Assembly (NCBI GenBank): GCA_025201805.1
Contig: MU619241.1
Location: forward strand, 191,947-255,946
Reading direction: 5' to 3'
Source: Parasitella parasitica NRRL 2501
Lineage: Eukaryota; Fungi; Mucoromycota
Length of the DNA: 64,000 nucleotides
Shown piece by piece: positions 42,575 through 54,597 of the stretch. The position numbers and the translations under genes are program-made. Within the stretch, counting starts at the first letter, position 1. Every line of letters starts with the position of its first letter. The notes under the pieces were generated by a model. That model saw only the letters and a list, made by a program, of their open reading frames with translations. It had not been told where the DNA came from and made no database searches.

Positions 42575-44983
42575 TCAAGCAACTACACCAAAGGAGTCTA
42601 CTAGCATTGAATTTATCAAATTAACCCATTCTTGGGCATGATTGCGATCTTCAAATAACCATGATTTTTCGGGCTGCATGAAACAGATATTTGAGCGATG
42701 ATTGAATCACAACCAGACAACAAATACTTACAGTGTGTATACTAAACGTTGATTTCCCCTTCAATTCAGACAATAAATGCGATGTCCACGATATTTCACA
42801 CCTCAAATTACCGTCTAATTTAGTCTCGTCAGTTCCCTCATCAAGGTAGAGTAATCGCGGTCGGTTTGTCAGGATCAAATGTCTCTTTTTGGATGTCAAT
42901 CTCCCTTTCCTGTATACTCGGCCAGACTTTACCACAGATTCATTTGGATATAGATGAGGTATCCTTTTATATAAACATATATTTAATATGCTATAAGAAT
43001 TTATTTATTATACGCAAAGATCAAAATTTACCATGGCAAATGTGGTTGTGTTCGTGCGCCTTCCTTCAATCCACTCCCTCCTCCTCCTCCACCACCACCA
43101 CCTTCTTCCGTTCTTGGCGATATGCTATTGTGGCCAGATGATAAGCTTGATCGATCGGAATTCACCGAAAGTGTTTGTAGTTGCGGCTGCAATTGCGAAT
43201 TGTACGAAGATTGCCGACTATGTGCAACACTGGTTTCGGCTTTCAAGGGTTTGTCAAATTGAGCTGGGGCAGCAGGTTCATCTAGAGCAGATGCTGGTAT
43301 TTTGTCACGGTCATTGCTGCGAGGATTTGGTATCGATGGCGAGCTTGCTGAGCTTGCTGAGCTTTCTGTGATTGTAGTTTGCGCCAACGCTCCTGCTAAT
43401 GCGCCAGCCAACGCCGATCCTGATGCTATGCCGTGGTGGTTTTTACCAGCATTTCGAACCCATAAATCTTCTTCGTCGTCTTTGTCATCGTCCCTTTCTC
43501 CAAAATTAAAATTAGGCGGTGCAACTGGATGCGCTTTAGCTTCTTTTTCTAGTCTCTCTCGAAGAGGTGGTGCAGTAGAAGCAAAGATATTATCCCAATC
43601 GATGCCTTCAAAAAAGGGGTGGTCCTTGATAGCGTCGATGCCGCCTGTAGCCACTGATCCAAGTCTTTTTTCTGGCTCCGAGGCTAATAATCGCTCAACA
43701 ATGTCCTTGGCTGCTGGCAGGAAATCATCAGGCATCGTGTATTCCAGATTCTTGATCTTTTGGAATATAAGATAGTCGGTAGCTGCTTTGAAGGGTGATT
43801 TTCCAGACAGCATTTGGTAAATAACACAGCCTAATGCCCATAAATCAGCCCTGCATAAACATTGGTGGTTAGGAATGGAAGTTCATTTTACACGCTAAAG
43901 CTTACTCTTTGGATACCACATCGCTTCGAAGAAGTTCGGGCGATACGTATTCTGCGGTACCGACAAAAGATCTGGCAGGAGTTGTCGTATTCCCCGCATC
44001 GCCGTTTGATGCTGCTGCGTTCTCGCTTTCGTTGGTGATCTTGGCTGACCCAAAATCAGTAATCTTGATGTGTGAATTATCGTCCAGAAGTATGCTTGTG
44101 AGTCGTGAGTGAGTTTGCGCTGAATTTGAGCTAGCCGATTCAGGTACTTACTTTTCAGGTTTAATATCTCTTGAAAAAAAAAATAATAATAATAATAATA
44201 AAAATAAAAATATAGAGTCAGTAAAACATCAATAGCCGTTTTCTCAAACGAATTACCGGTGAATGACGCCCCTGCTGTGGATATGCTCAATGGACAATAG
44301 TATCTCTGCAGCATAGAATTTAGCTGTTTCGAGATCAAACGGTGCCAACTGCAGGACATATAAAAAAAAAAAAATCAGACATCCCGTACAAGAAGCTCAA
44401 TCGTTTCCTCGACAATACCCGTCTAATGTATGTATACAGTTCACCATTTCGAGCTAAATCAAGCACAAAATCTATTGGAACAATGAATACAGGTCGCCGA
44501 CAGCACACACACAAGGGCACATTGATATACTCACACAAGCTTCTGTTGTCTTTATACGTCCAATACAGCTTGACGATGCCAGGATGATTCATTCTACTAA
44601 GCGCATCGCGTTCGATCATCACATACTTGACTTTGTTGTTTTTGACAATGTGCGCTTTGTCTAGTCTTTTGATAGCATATTGCTTTCCAGTTCGCTTGTC
44701 TCTGCCTATTAAAACCTAGTTTTCTCTCTTATTTAGCTTTCAACCAAAAAGACAATTGAAGAACTCGACTCCTTTTTTTTAAACAACTTACGGTAGAATA
44801 GGATCCTTCGCCCAGAATTTCGCCATAATCAAAGTCAGTTACTATACGACGGTGGTGATAAAGTGGGTGAGACGGGTCGTTGACGTCTGTATTCAAGGTG
44901 GGTTCACGTCGCCCGCTATTGCCATTGTTGGCTAAAGAATGGGTTGATGTTGACTGTGTGAGTGAAGGAGGGACATTTGCCAT
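42575..44983 (-). CDS. PKH1: PDK1/Pkh-family AGC kinase with C-terminal PH domain, multi-exon
   Basis: GEILGEGSYSTV, YAIKRLDKAHIVKNNKVKYV, HRDIKPEN, ITDFGSAK, RSFVGTAEYVSPELL, FQKIKNLEY; PH domain KKRHLILTNRPRLLY. Confidence 0.9.
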
Positions 44984-45227
44984 GATATGATTTTTTTTAA
45001 AAAAAAAAAAAATAAATAAATAAAAGAACAAAAAGAAGAGGAGAAAGGTTGCTAGAGTGAAATCATCGGATGATGAATCACAGGACCATTCAAGAATAAC
45101 AACAATATCAGCAATAGGGTAAATCGTCATTTTATGGCATAATCCTCGAAATATTTGACATTGCTATAATAAAGAGAGTCCTTGCCCCATCTTGTATATA
45201 CCAACACAAAAACATTTATTACAAGCA

Positions 45228-47685
45228 CTAATCCACCTGACTATTCAACACTGTTTCAGTTGTCTTTCTCTCCAATTCCAACGCAGCACGGTCAATCTTG
45301 CTGAATTGCCATTTCCAAGAGGCGTTGTACAAGAAAGGCCTCAAGTCAAAGCGGTTGTCGTCTGTGCTGTAGGCTTCCGCGTGGTAAGCAGGAGTCAGCG
45401 TGGTTAGTTTATGGCGATTGATGGAATAGTAAAAGAAAAAGCGCTTGACTTTGGTCGCAACCTCGGAAGGCGGCAAGTCGTCGCCCCATTCGTGCACCAA
45501 CTTGGAGAACATAGAGTAAGGGCCGCAGCGGTCAACTTTACGAAGGCGGCCATAGCGAGACAAATCATCATAGGACATGCCCATGTCAGCTTCATCTGAT
45601 TGCACATAGTTCTCTGTAATGGGCTCTAGCTCTGCAGTGGGAACAGCATCCAAAAATTCCCCAAGAATGGGCATGGCAAACTTGTCTTGAGCATAGGCAA
45701 TGAAGCGCTTGAGGTCGTGCTTGGAGATGGCTCCAATGGGGTTGACATCAGCACTACTGCAATCGTATTTGGTGAGGTATCCTCTTAAACTCTCATCGAC
45801 ATTGGCGCTGCCAAGGACAAGTAGACTACCCTTGATAGTGCGGCACCAAGGCAGCAGTTGAGCAAAGAGATAGGCAAGCAGCATGCGCAGACGAGCCTGG
45901 ATATTTTGGAGCGCTAGATTCTCCGTATCAGAGCCGCCATGCACTTTGTATTTGGGTGATTTGCCAGTGACCAACGTAAACAGGCCATGGATAGATTTGA
46001 CAACGGTATCCATATTGATATCAGTGTGATAGCTGCCAATCACCTCTGCTAAATCCTTTGCTCGCTTACGAGTTTCATTACTCGAGTTTTCTGTCCCCAT
46101 GTAGCAAGTGTAGAAGATACGATGGGCAAATTCTCGAGGATCAGTAGGAGTATAGCCATCACCTTCACCGGCCAGACGTCTTGCATCCTCCAAAACATGC
46201 TTGTTGCCTTCAGCAGCCTCTTTTACGACCAGACGACACATGGATGCTACAATGGTGGCAGTTGCACAGCTATCGATACCGCCGCTCAAAGGCAAGAAAT
46301 AACCAGCAGTTTTGGACCGACGTAGATAATCCCATAGCCAACAGGCAGGACCTAGTGCAATTTCCTCCTCGGGGCTATGGTAGAACGGAGGTCGAGGTTT
46401 AGTTGGGCGAACATGAACGTCATCTTCAATATAGCTATGAGTTAGGGCCATTTTCACTTCTTCGCGCTGATATGCCGGTGTAGATGCAGCTTGAATGCCA
46501 CGACTCGCCATGCGAGCACGATAAGAACGAACGTCTTCCAAGTCAATAGTTGCAGTGATAACTTCGACGTCCCTCAAAGAAAACTGAGAGCCTTGGGCAA
46601 TGATGTTGCCATTCATAACGACCATGGCACAGCCGTCATAATACAGACGATCGCCGTCGCAGCCTTGCTGATTAGCGTAGAGATAAACACCCCCTACTTT
46701 GGCCGTAGCGTCTTTGATGAGGTTGATGCGAGTATCCAATTTGCGCAATTCATGATGGCTTCCGCTGCTGTTGGTAAAAATCTCTACGCCATCTAGGCCC
46801 ATCGTGATATGAGGACTGGCTGGCGTAAATAATTCTTCGCAGGTTTCGCAGCCGATGCATGTATCCAACGTGCTAATGACACAATCGCCAATGGGTACAA
46901 CAATCTAGTATCGCTTTTTTTATGAGCTGGGATTGTCGCAATCCGGATTCTCCGCCCACATACCTGATTTGTCAGTTTGGAAATCATTCGAGGCAGGTAG
47001 TATTGCTCAACTTTCTTTGATATCCACGGAGTGAAAAAACGCATTTCACGATAGTTGCCATCATTCGCTAGAAAGATTTTGGGCCGGATAAGAACGATTC
47101 TTCCGTCTGCAATGATAACTCTGCAGTTGTACTTGACAGACTTGTGCATAACCGGCCTTTTATATCCACAATTTAAGCGTCTGAATCTTTACATTTCCTC
47201 AGTAGACTTACATGCCAATGTCCAAAATCATATCCTTTGCTTCCTCGCTTTTGAGGATCTCGGCCAAAACTTCCCAAGAATGCAAATAGGTATCGCCTAA
47301 GTAGAGTAGGGTCACTTTCAAGTTCCAATGCCAAAATTGCAGTGTAATCTCTCTTTTTTTTTTTTTTTTTTTTTTTTTACCTTCCAAAAAGTGATCTTGA
47401 CAGCCGTATCCACTGTTGCAAAGAATTAGCTTTCGGCCGTTCACCTTTGGGTGTGTCATGTAAAACTTACGTAACCTCAAGTTCTGGGCCCACACGCAGC
47501 TTTGCGCCTTTTTCTTTGGCGATACGGATACTCTCTAGGATGCGCTCGAGATTTCCTTGGAAATCCAAAGCCCATTGATTAAGGGAACAGGTAGCCAGTG
47601 TGATTCTAAGAGGGTTTAGTCCAGATTACAACTTTGTCACACTATTCGCTGGCTTATGAATGTTATATATTTACAGATGACCCAT
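45228..47685 (-). CDS. QNS1: Glutamine-dependent NAD+ synthetase, multi-exon
   Basis: [74 protein letters not shown] and [12 protein letters not shown]. Confidence 0.96.
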
Positions 47686-47828
47686 GGTTAAAATGTCAAA
47701 TAATTACAAAAGAAAAACGACATGGTCAAAAAATTATGTGTGCACTAGATTTTATTGAATTCTTGGCCACTGGTGGTGGGTCCTTTTGTGTTCCCACGGT
47801 GACTGGTGTGAATTTGCATTGACGTTCT

Positions 47829-49177
47829 CTAATCTGTGTTGGAGATGACAACCTTAATAGTGCCTTCACGGCCTTCTTTGACGTGTTGGAATGCCTCGAG
47901 AGCGTCTTCAAATTTGTATCGATGAGTAATTAGGCTCTTGAGATCAACCTTTCCAGAAGCCAGCATCTCGATAGCGGTAGGGTATGTCTAATTATAATAA
48001 TGTCAGCATGCTTTCCCTAAATTATCCATCTCGGAGCAGTCCACTTACATTGCAGTATCTCATTACGCCTCTGACATCAACCTCTCTAGCAGAGACATCA
48101 GCAACAGAAATAGACTGAATAGAAGCACCCATGCCAACGAGCACAATCTTTCCGTTATTCTTGACGAGCTATTATAGGGACATTAGCCTACGCCGTCCAT
48201 TTCCCTGCGATTCGATGGTATTCACTTACATAGATAGACATCTGAACACAAACTTCGACGCCAGTACAGTCAAAGACAACGTTAGCAGGCGAGATCCCTG
48301 ATTCAAAGATCTTTTCAGCTTCCGCCTTTGCAAATTCGTTGGTATCGGTATCCTTGGGGGGTTTGTTGGTCATATGGATAGTATCATCGGCAATGTAGGA
48401 CTTGGCAAACTTCAATCTGGATTCCGAAATATCAGCAATGGTGATGTGAGACGCGCCAGCAGCCTTTGCTGCTGCTGCCGTTAACAGACCAACAGGACCA
48501 GCACCAAACACGAATACTCTGTCGCCTAGTTTGACTTCTCCTCTTCTTGCAGCATGGATGCCCACGGACAATGGCTCAATCAATGCGCCTTCCTCCAGAG
48601 ATACATTGTCAGGAAGTCTGTGTTTTGTGTCAATAAACAATGCCCGCACCCTGTTCTACCGCACACACACACACACACACACACACTTACTTGTAGCAGA
48701 AATCTGCAGAATGTCTATAAAAATCACAAAGGGTGCCATCGTATGGAGGCGTGGCAGCAAAGGCCATGTCAGGGCACAAGTTGTATTTACCAATTTTACA
48801 CATTTCACATCTTCCACAAGGTACACCGGGCTCGAGAGCAACACGATCACCTACCTTGAGATCAGTGACACCTTCGCCAAGAGAAGCAACAATACCGGCA
48901 GACTCATGACCCAACACCATAGGTCCTTTGCACACAAAATGGCCAATGCGGCCATGAGTCCAATAATGAACGTCTGAGCCACAGATGCCCGTAGACTTAA
49001 TATTTACAACAACTTGGCCTGCTCCAGCAACAGGAACAGGTCTATCCTCCTGCGTTTTTGTCGCATTAGATTCCCTCCTGCCACTCTCTTTTCTTTTAAA
49101 ATACTTACAAACGAGATTTCATCTTGCTTTTGAAGGACAAATGAATTGTTTTTGCTAAGATCCCAAACTGGAGACAT
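47829..49177 (-). CDS. Zn-dependent sorbitol/xylitol (polyol) dehydrogenase, multi-exon
   Basis: TGICGSDVHYW, LGHESAG, VALEPGVPCGRCEMCKIGKYNLC, FAATPPYDGTL, LIEPLSVG, GAGPVGL and RYCNTYP; stop TAG at 47829-47831. Confidence 0.92.
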
Positions 49178-49853
49178 TGAATATAAGAGTAGTGTGTGTG
49201 TGTGTGAAGAAAAAGAAGGCAGGGTTTTTGTATAGGATCCCCCTTTTTTAAAAGTGTGGGTTTCCCGGGAATTATTTCCCCTGGTATAGCGCTAATTACT
49301 CCATTTAGAATCAAGATGCTAAACACGAATGTCGGCTCTTCTCACGTAAACACTGTTTCGACATGTTTGCCATTTGTGAATCAATGAATTCCAGCATTGA
49401 CGCATGTTGACTGGAACCAAACGCCAATCCTATCCCTCTTTCTTCGGGTGCTTTCTCGCTTTCAATTAACCGCATAGATCTTCTTTTCTCGGGTATTTTA
49501 TCTTAAAAAGGCAAAAACTTGACGTTGCATCCAAAAAAAAAAAAAAAAAAAAAAGTGTTTTTTCATACCTTGGAAACAATCGTGAAAAAAAAAAAAAAAA
49601 AACCTAAATTTCTGAAATGCTTCAGATGGCTACATTCACCATATCACCATACTCACCACCCCCAAGCAGGCCCATCTCCGCCAACAGCAATGTTTTCATG
49701 GTGGCTTGTTGAAAATATGTCTAGGTCATCAATTTGAATATGAAAAAGGGGTCTATTGCACTAGAGGAGCGTCTCTCTCTCTCTTTCTCTCTTTTTCTTC
49801 TTCTTTATTCATTAGATTGAACACCAAGCGAATAAAAAATAATTAAAAAAAAG

Positions 49854-50904
49854 ATGGCAGATTACTCTTCACCTCAGCAGCAATCCCAACAAAATGCGGA
49901 TGACTATCCTCCCCCTCCCCCTCCTCCTCTTAGCAGCATTCCTCCTCCTTCCTCTGCTTCAGTAGGAAGAAACCGCTCTCCAGGTGGACGTGATAGATCG
50001 TTATCGCCAACCCGCCGTTCTTCTAGCAACAGTCGATATTATGATGAAAGACGCTCTTACCGTGATGACGACCGCTATGGCGGAGGAAGAGATAGATATG
50101 ACCCTTATCCTCGCCGTGATTACTATGACAGCAGAGACCGTTATGATCGAGGTGACAGATACGATCGCTACGATAGATACGATCAAAGAGACCGTTATGA
50201 TCAAAGAGACCGTTATGACCGCTACGATGATAGACGAGGTGGTGGGCGTTATCCTCCTAAATCCAGACCAAGAAGACCCGTTGACAGAGGAAGCGAGCAA
50301 GAAAGAAAAACAACAACGACCATCTATGCCGGAAACCTCCCCTATGATTTTATTGAGCGTGATGTAAAGTATTCCGGCTCTACTAATTTGATATTCACGA
50401 GATTAACAAATGCTGTAGGTTGCTGCCATGTTTGAACGTTACGGTCGTTTAAAGACTATTACCGTGCCTATGGATGCTGTCACCAACAAAAACAAGGGCT
50501 TTGCTTTTGTCGAATTTGAAGATCGTCGTGATGCCGAAGATGCTTTTGAAAAATTTGATGGATTCAGCGTCGAAGGTCGTCGTTTAAGACTTGATTGGTA
50601 AAATCTCAATTGATACTGTTAGGATGAGTCAACTTATATTAGACATGTAGGGATATTGGACTTTCCAAGAAGGATGAGCATCGTCCTCCTAGACGAGGTC
50701 CTAGTGGCCCTCCTCCCATGGATGACCATCGTGAGCGTTCCATGCCTGATTCTTGTAAGTATTTTTTTTTTTTTTTTTCTATATATATAAATCTAATTTC
50801 AACGCGTGCTAAATTTCCTATTAGACTCGGCTCCCCCTCCCCCTCCACCTCCCATGGACTCTCGTGGATATAGACGCGAATCACCCGAACCTTACCGTCG
50901 ATAA
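49854..50904 (+). CDS. SR-like RRM protein with RD/Y-rich repeats (probable splicing factor), 4 exons
   Basis: RDRYD repeats, RNP2 IYAGNLPY, RNP1 KGFAFVEF, GRRLRLDW; ends RESPEPYRR*. Confidence 0.8.
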
Positions 50905-52468
50905 ACAGTTTGGCAGCTCAAAACCTGCTATTTAAAAATATTACTACACTCGAAAAAAACCTTTAATTTTTTTTTTCTAAGAAAAATCACACTGCGCGCC
51001 GACTTTGTTGATTTGATGAAAATTGGATTTATATAAAAAAAAACTTTGCAATGTGGATTTGATAAAAAAAAAGTATACTTTGTTAGAGCAGACTCTCCAA
51101 AATTGCGAGGATGTAAGCATAGAGTGGATCAGATGTGGACCATCGGTTGATATTGTAGTAGAGTGCGCGAGCGAGAGAGGGTTGTTATTTTGGATTCAAA
51201 GTTGATTTGTTAATTTGCAGATTGAGAGATTTTGTTTTAGTGACGATGGGGTAAGTATTTTGGAAACTTATATTTCTCCGTAGTTTAATCATTAAAATAT
51301 CGTTTTTATTTACATTAAATGTCGATATTGGCATGCCAAGTAGTTTTTCCATATCATATATTCTACATTGTTTTGTTGCAGAAAAGGAAATCTAACCATA
51401 GATAATGGGATTTGACTTTTGTACATGGCTTCAAAATCCGGTGAGAAATGACATCTTTGTAACTTGTTTTTGTGGGTCTTGTGCACCAAGCTTATTCTTA
51501 TTGTAAAAGAATATTTTGATCAGTATGGTTTGCTTGTATGTCGGGATGGCTAGGTGGGTATGGCGACAGTCGCTGCCGCTGCTGCGTCTTTAGCAGGACT
51601 TCCAGTCAATTCCACTATGTTTTGCGGGGGGCTTTGCGGCGGCTATAGAATTACTTCGTGCTAATTTTGCCAAATGCTGCAAACCTGGTTTCCATTAATC
51701 TGCGGCAAGTGTTTGACCCTAGCAACCTTGGCATTGGGCGACTCACTTTGGTTGACACTATATAATCAGAAAAACACACATGTGCTCATTCTTGACAATT
51801 TATATTAGGAAATCATAAAGATATGCCTTTGATTTATTTGTCGGTCAACATTTTAGGATAGACATGGGCATGTCTTTACATAGATACAGCTTTTCGTATT
51901 ATGGTGAAATTTATAACCAAAGCATGTTTTTTGTACCCGACAAACAGCATGCTGCCTAAATTTTTGCTTAAAACTGAGCTTCTAAAAGCATTTCGATTCC
52001 AGTAAAGTTCTTGTAATGGATGTCTTGGCCACAAGAAAATGCTAAAAGTGAGCTTTACAGGCAGGATTTTGCCTCTCTGAGATTTCAAAATTTAAAATAT
52101 CAAGCGCATTACTGATGAAGAGAGTAATATACAGTTTTCATATTTCATAATCGCATTTCAAAAGTGGAAACATGTCAACAGCCACAACATATATATGATT
52201 TCGTTCACCAATCATACACAGCAAAAAAATAAAATGGACTATTCAGTAGACCTTCAAAAACGAAATCAAATTTAGACTCAAGAGGTGCACATAAACAGAC
52301 TTTTGATCTATTTAGAAAAACAAACTTTTATATAGTATATCGTTGCCAAGTTTTTACAATATAGTTGAAAGACAGCCGAAATGAAACATTGCAGAAAAGT
52401 CTTGTGTTCTCTTATAAAAAGGGATGCTCCAAGTTTTAAATGAGCTCAAGGACCCTACACTCTTGAAA

Positions 52469-53919
52469 ATGCAACTTTTTTCAGGTAGCATATAGACTAT
52501 ATCTGAAACGTTGAAAACTAATCATTTGTTTCGATATATAGCTATTGCGTTGACTTTGATTAGCGTTGCTTTTGTTACAGCATCTCCCAATGCGACCTAC
52601 AAAGTTTTGTCCCTTGTGCCTGATAATCAGACTCTCGCTGTCATTGTAGACGAGCATGTATATCCTTTGACTATTACTAGTAGACATTCTTCTCTACTCC
52701 ATACTGGTGAAGCACCCACTGCAACTTCATGCTATTGCTATGCAATTCTTGAAAAGAGCAACCAATCAAATGTTATTGAAAGAGAGAACTTTACTCGTAG
52801 TCCAGTGGCCAAAGATGACACTCTGAATGAATTCTATGGCAGACCATGGAACTCGATGAATTTAGCTCAGCTTCCTCGCATTTTGGAGCCTCTTCCTATC
52901 ATCAACCGTATTGACTCCAAACTCCATATTGATGGTGAAATCCCCACGATGCATTTTACTGGTAATCAAACGGCCATTGACTATATTCACGCCAACCAGC
53001 ACCTCGATATTGACGTCGAAGGTTTGAACATGACATATATTAGGTATGTGCATGTATTTTTTATGCAAGGCGCGCACCTGAAATTAACGTTATCTTGATA
53101 GCCCAAACGATATTCAAACGTTCAAAGATGTAACGTTTGCAATTGCAGGCATGAGCACAAGATATTTGGATAAGGTTTCTTACAAGATTAAAATTCCAAA
53201 AGATAACGATCTTTACCACTACCGTCGCCTTAAGTTAAGAGCAATGGGTACAGACATGTCCTATATGAGGGAAAAACTGGTCTCTGAAATTGCTGATTCA
53301 GTGGGGCTTCCCACAACCAAGTTCAGCTACGTGCGTGTCTTCATTAACGATCAAGCAGTTGGTCTTTTTGGCCTTGCAGAGAACTTCAAGACTCCCTGGG
53401 TACGAAACGAGTTCAATAACGGCGAAAAGAGTTCTAATCAAGGCGCTTTGTATGTCTGCGATCTCAACGGAAAGCTGAATGAGACTACGTCCACAGGAAA
53501 CTTGACGAATACCACCGTGCTATCCGACCTATCTTATTTCAGCGACAACGCCACTCTTTACAGCATTCCTTATCCTGTCAAAGAAGAACCTGCAACTGGA
53601 ACTGCTAATTACACTCGCATCATGGATTTCACCAAATTTCTATCTGAACAGAGTACAAACGTTAGTGACTCTGTGATTCCTCTTTGGGAAGAGAGGATTG
53701 ATGTTGCAAGCTTTTTGCGTGGTTTAGCATTTGAAGTCGTTGTCTCAAGTATTGACGGCTACCTTGGCCTTCACAACAATTATATTTTATACGACGATTT
53801 GAAGCACGAACGGCTTGTTTTCAGTAGTCAAGATTTTGATTTAACATTATACCATACAACAAAGTATATTAATTTGCGAGGGTTAATAAGAGTAATAGTT
53901 GGAAGTATAAATAAAAAAG

Positions 53920-53957
<38 letters not shown>

Positions 53958-54456
53958 AAAAAAAAAAAAAAAAAAAAAAAAATGATTATAAGCACTAGCA
54001 TGGAAGCTAAATTGTGTACTTTTTTTTTTATCAGGTACGGCATATGGACATCCGGCAGAGTTCATGGGCGGGAATTACACGGAATTTCCAGGTCTCAATT
54101 CAACGCCTTTAGCAACACGCTTGCTCGCTGTACCAAAGTTCAAGGCTGAATTTGACAATTTAATCCGCAATTACACGACTGGAATCGTCAACACTGATAC
54201 AATGAACCCCCGTATTGATGACCTTATGGCCTTCTTGAAAGACGATGTCGCTTGGGACAAAAGCTTACCTCGCCTTGGCTCTTATGGGTACGGCGCTTAC
54301 AATCCTGGCAATTTAAGCGCTTCGGACATCCCATTCTCAATTGGTGTCAATGGTCCTATCCCTGGAAACATGACTATGGGTGTCCGAGAATGGCTTGTTA
54401 CTCGATCAAACAGCTTGGAGGAGTATTTTAACCAAACTAGTGTCTTGAACAGTTAA
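52469..54456 (+). CDS. cotH: CotH-family secreted kinase-like protein, frameshifted by a 184-bp insertion (possibly a pseudogene)
   Basis: ATG 52469 plus intron 52485-52541 gives signal peptide MQLFSAIALTLISVAFVTA. Motifs: NEFYGRPWN, KVSYKIK, LKLRAM..D.SYMREKL, YVRVFIND..GLF, DGYLG..NNYILY, QDFDLTL(G). TATA near 52413. Confidence 0.88.
53850..54037. mobile_element. MITE-like insertion with imperfect ~30-bp TIRs and internal poly-A
   Basis: Left TACCATACAACAAAGTATATTAATTTGC resembles the reverse complement of the right end, TACCTGAT-(A run)-GTACACAATTTAGC. It interrupts CotH DFDLTL|GT. Confidence 0.6.
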
Positions 54457-54597
54457 AATTGAATTATATGACAATTGCTCACTATATGCAGTGTCGTACG
54501 TAAATCAATAAATATGCGATCATGTTATGGTTTTTAGCGGCATAAGTATACATTGGCATTTATTAGAGATGGCTTCGACATATAAGTATATGGTACA

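Noticed and set aside
31712-49177. Sugar-catabolism cluster linking GH36 and the polyol dehydrogenase
   Set aside because: They are ~14 kb apart with unrelated genes between; no transporter or GAL genes present.
51000-51800. Possible minus-strand gene remnant between the RRM and CotH genes
   Set aside because: Multiple stops and no identifiable domain.
52511-52513. Apparent non-AUG (TTG) start for CotH
   Set aside because: An ATG at 52469 plus a canonical intron (52485-52541, CTAAT branch, TAG acceptor) gives a normal signal peptide.
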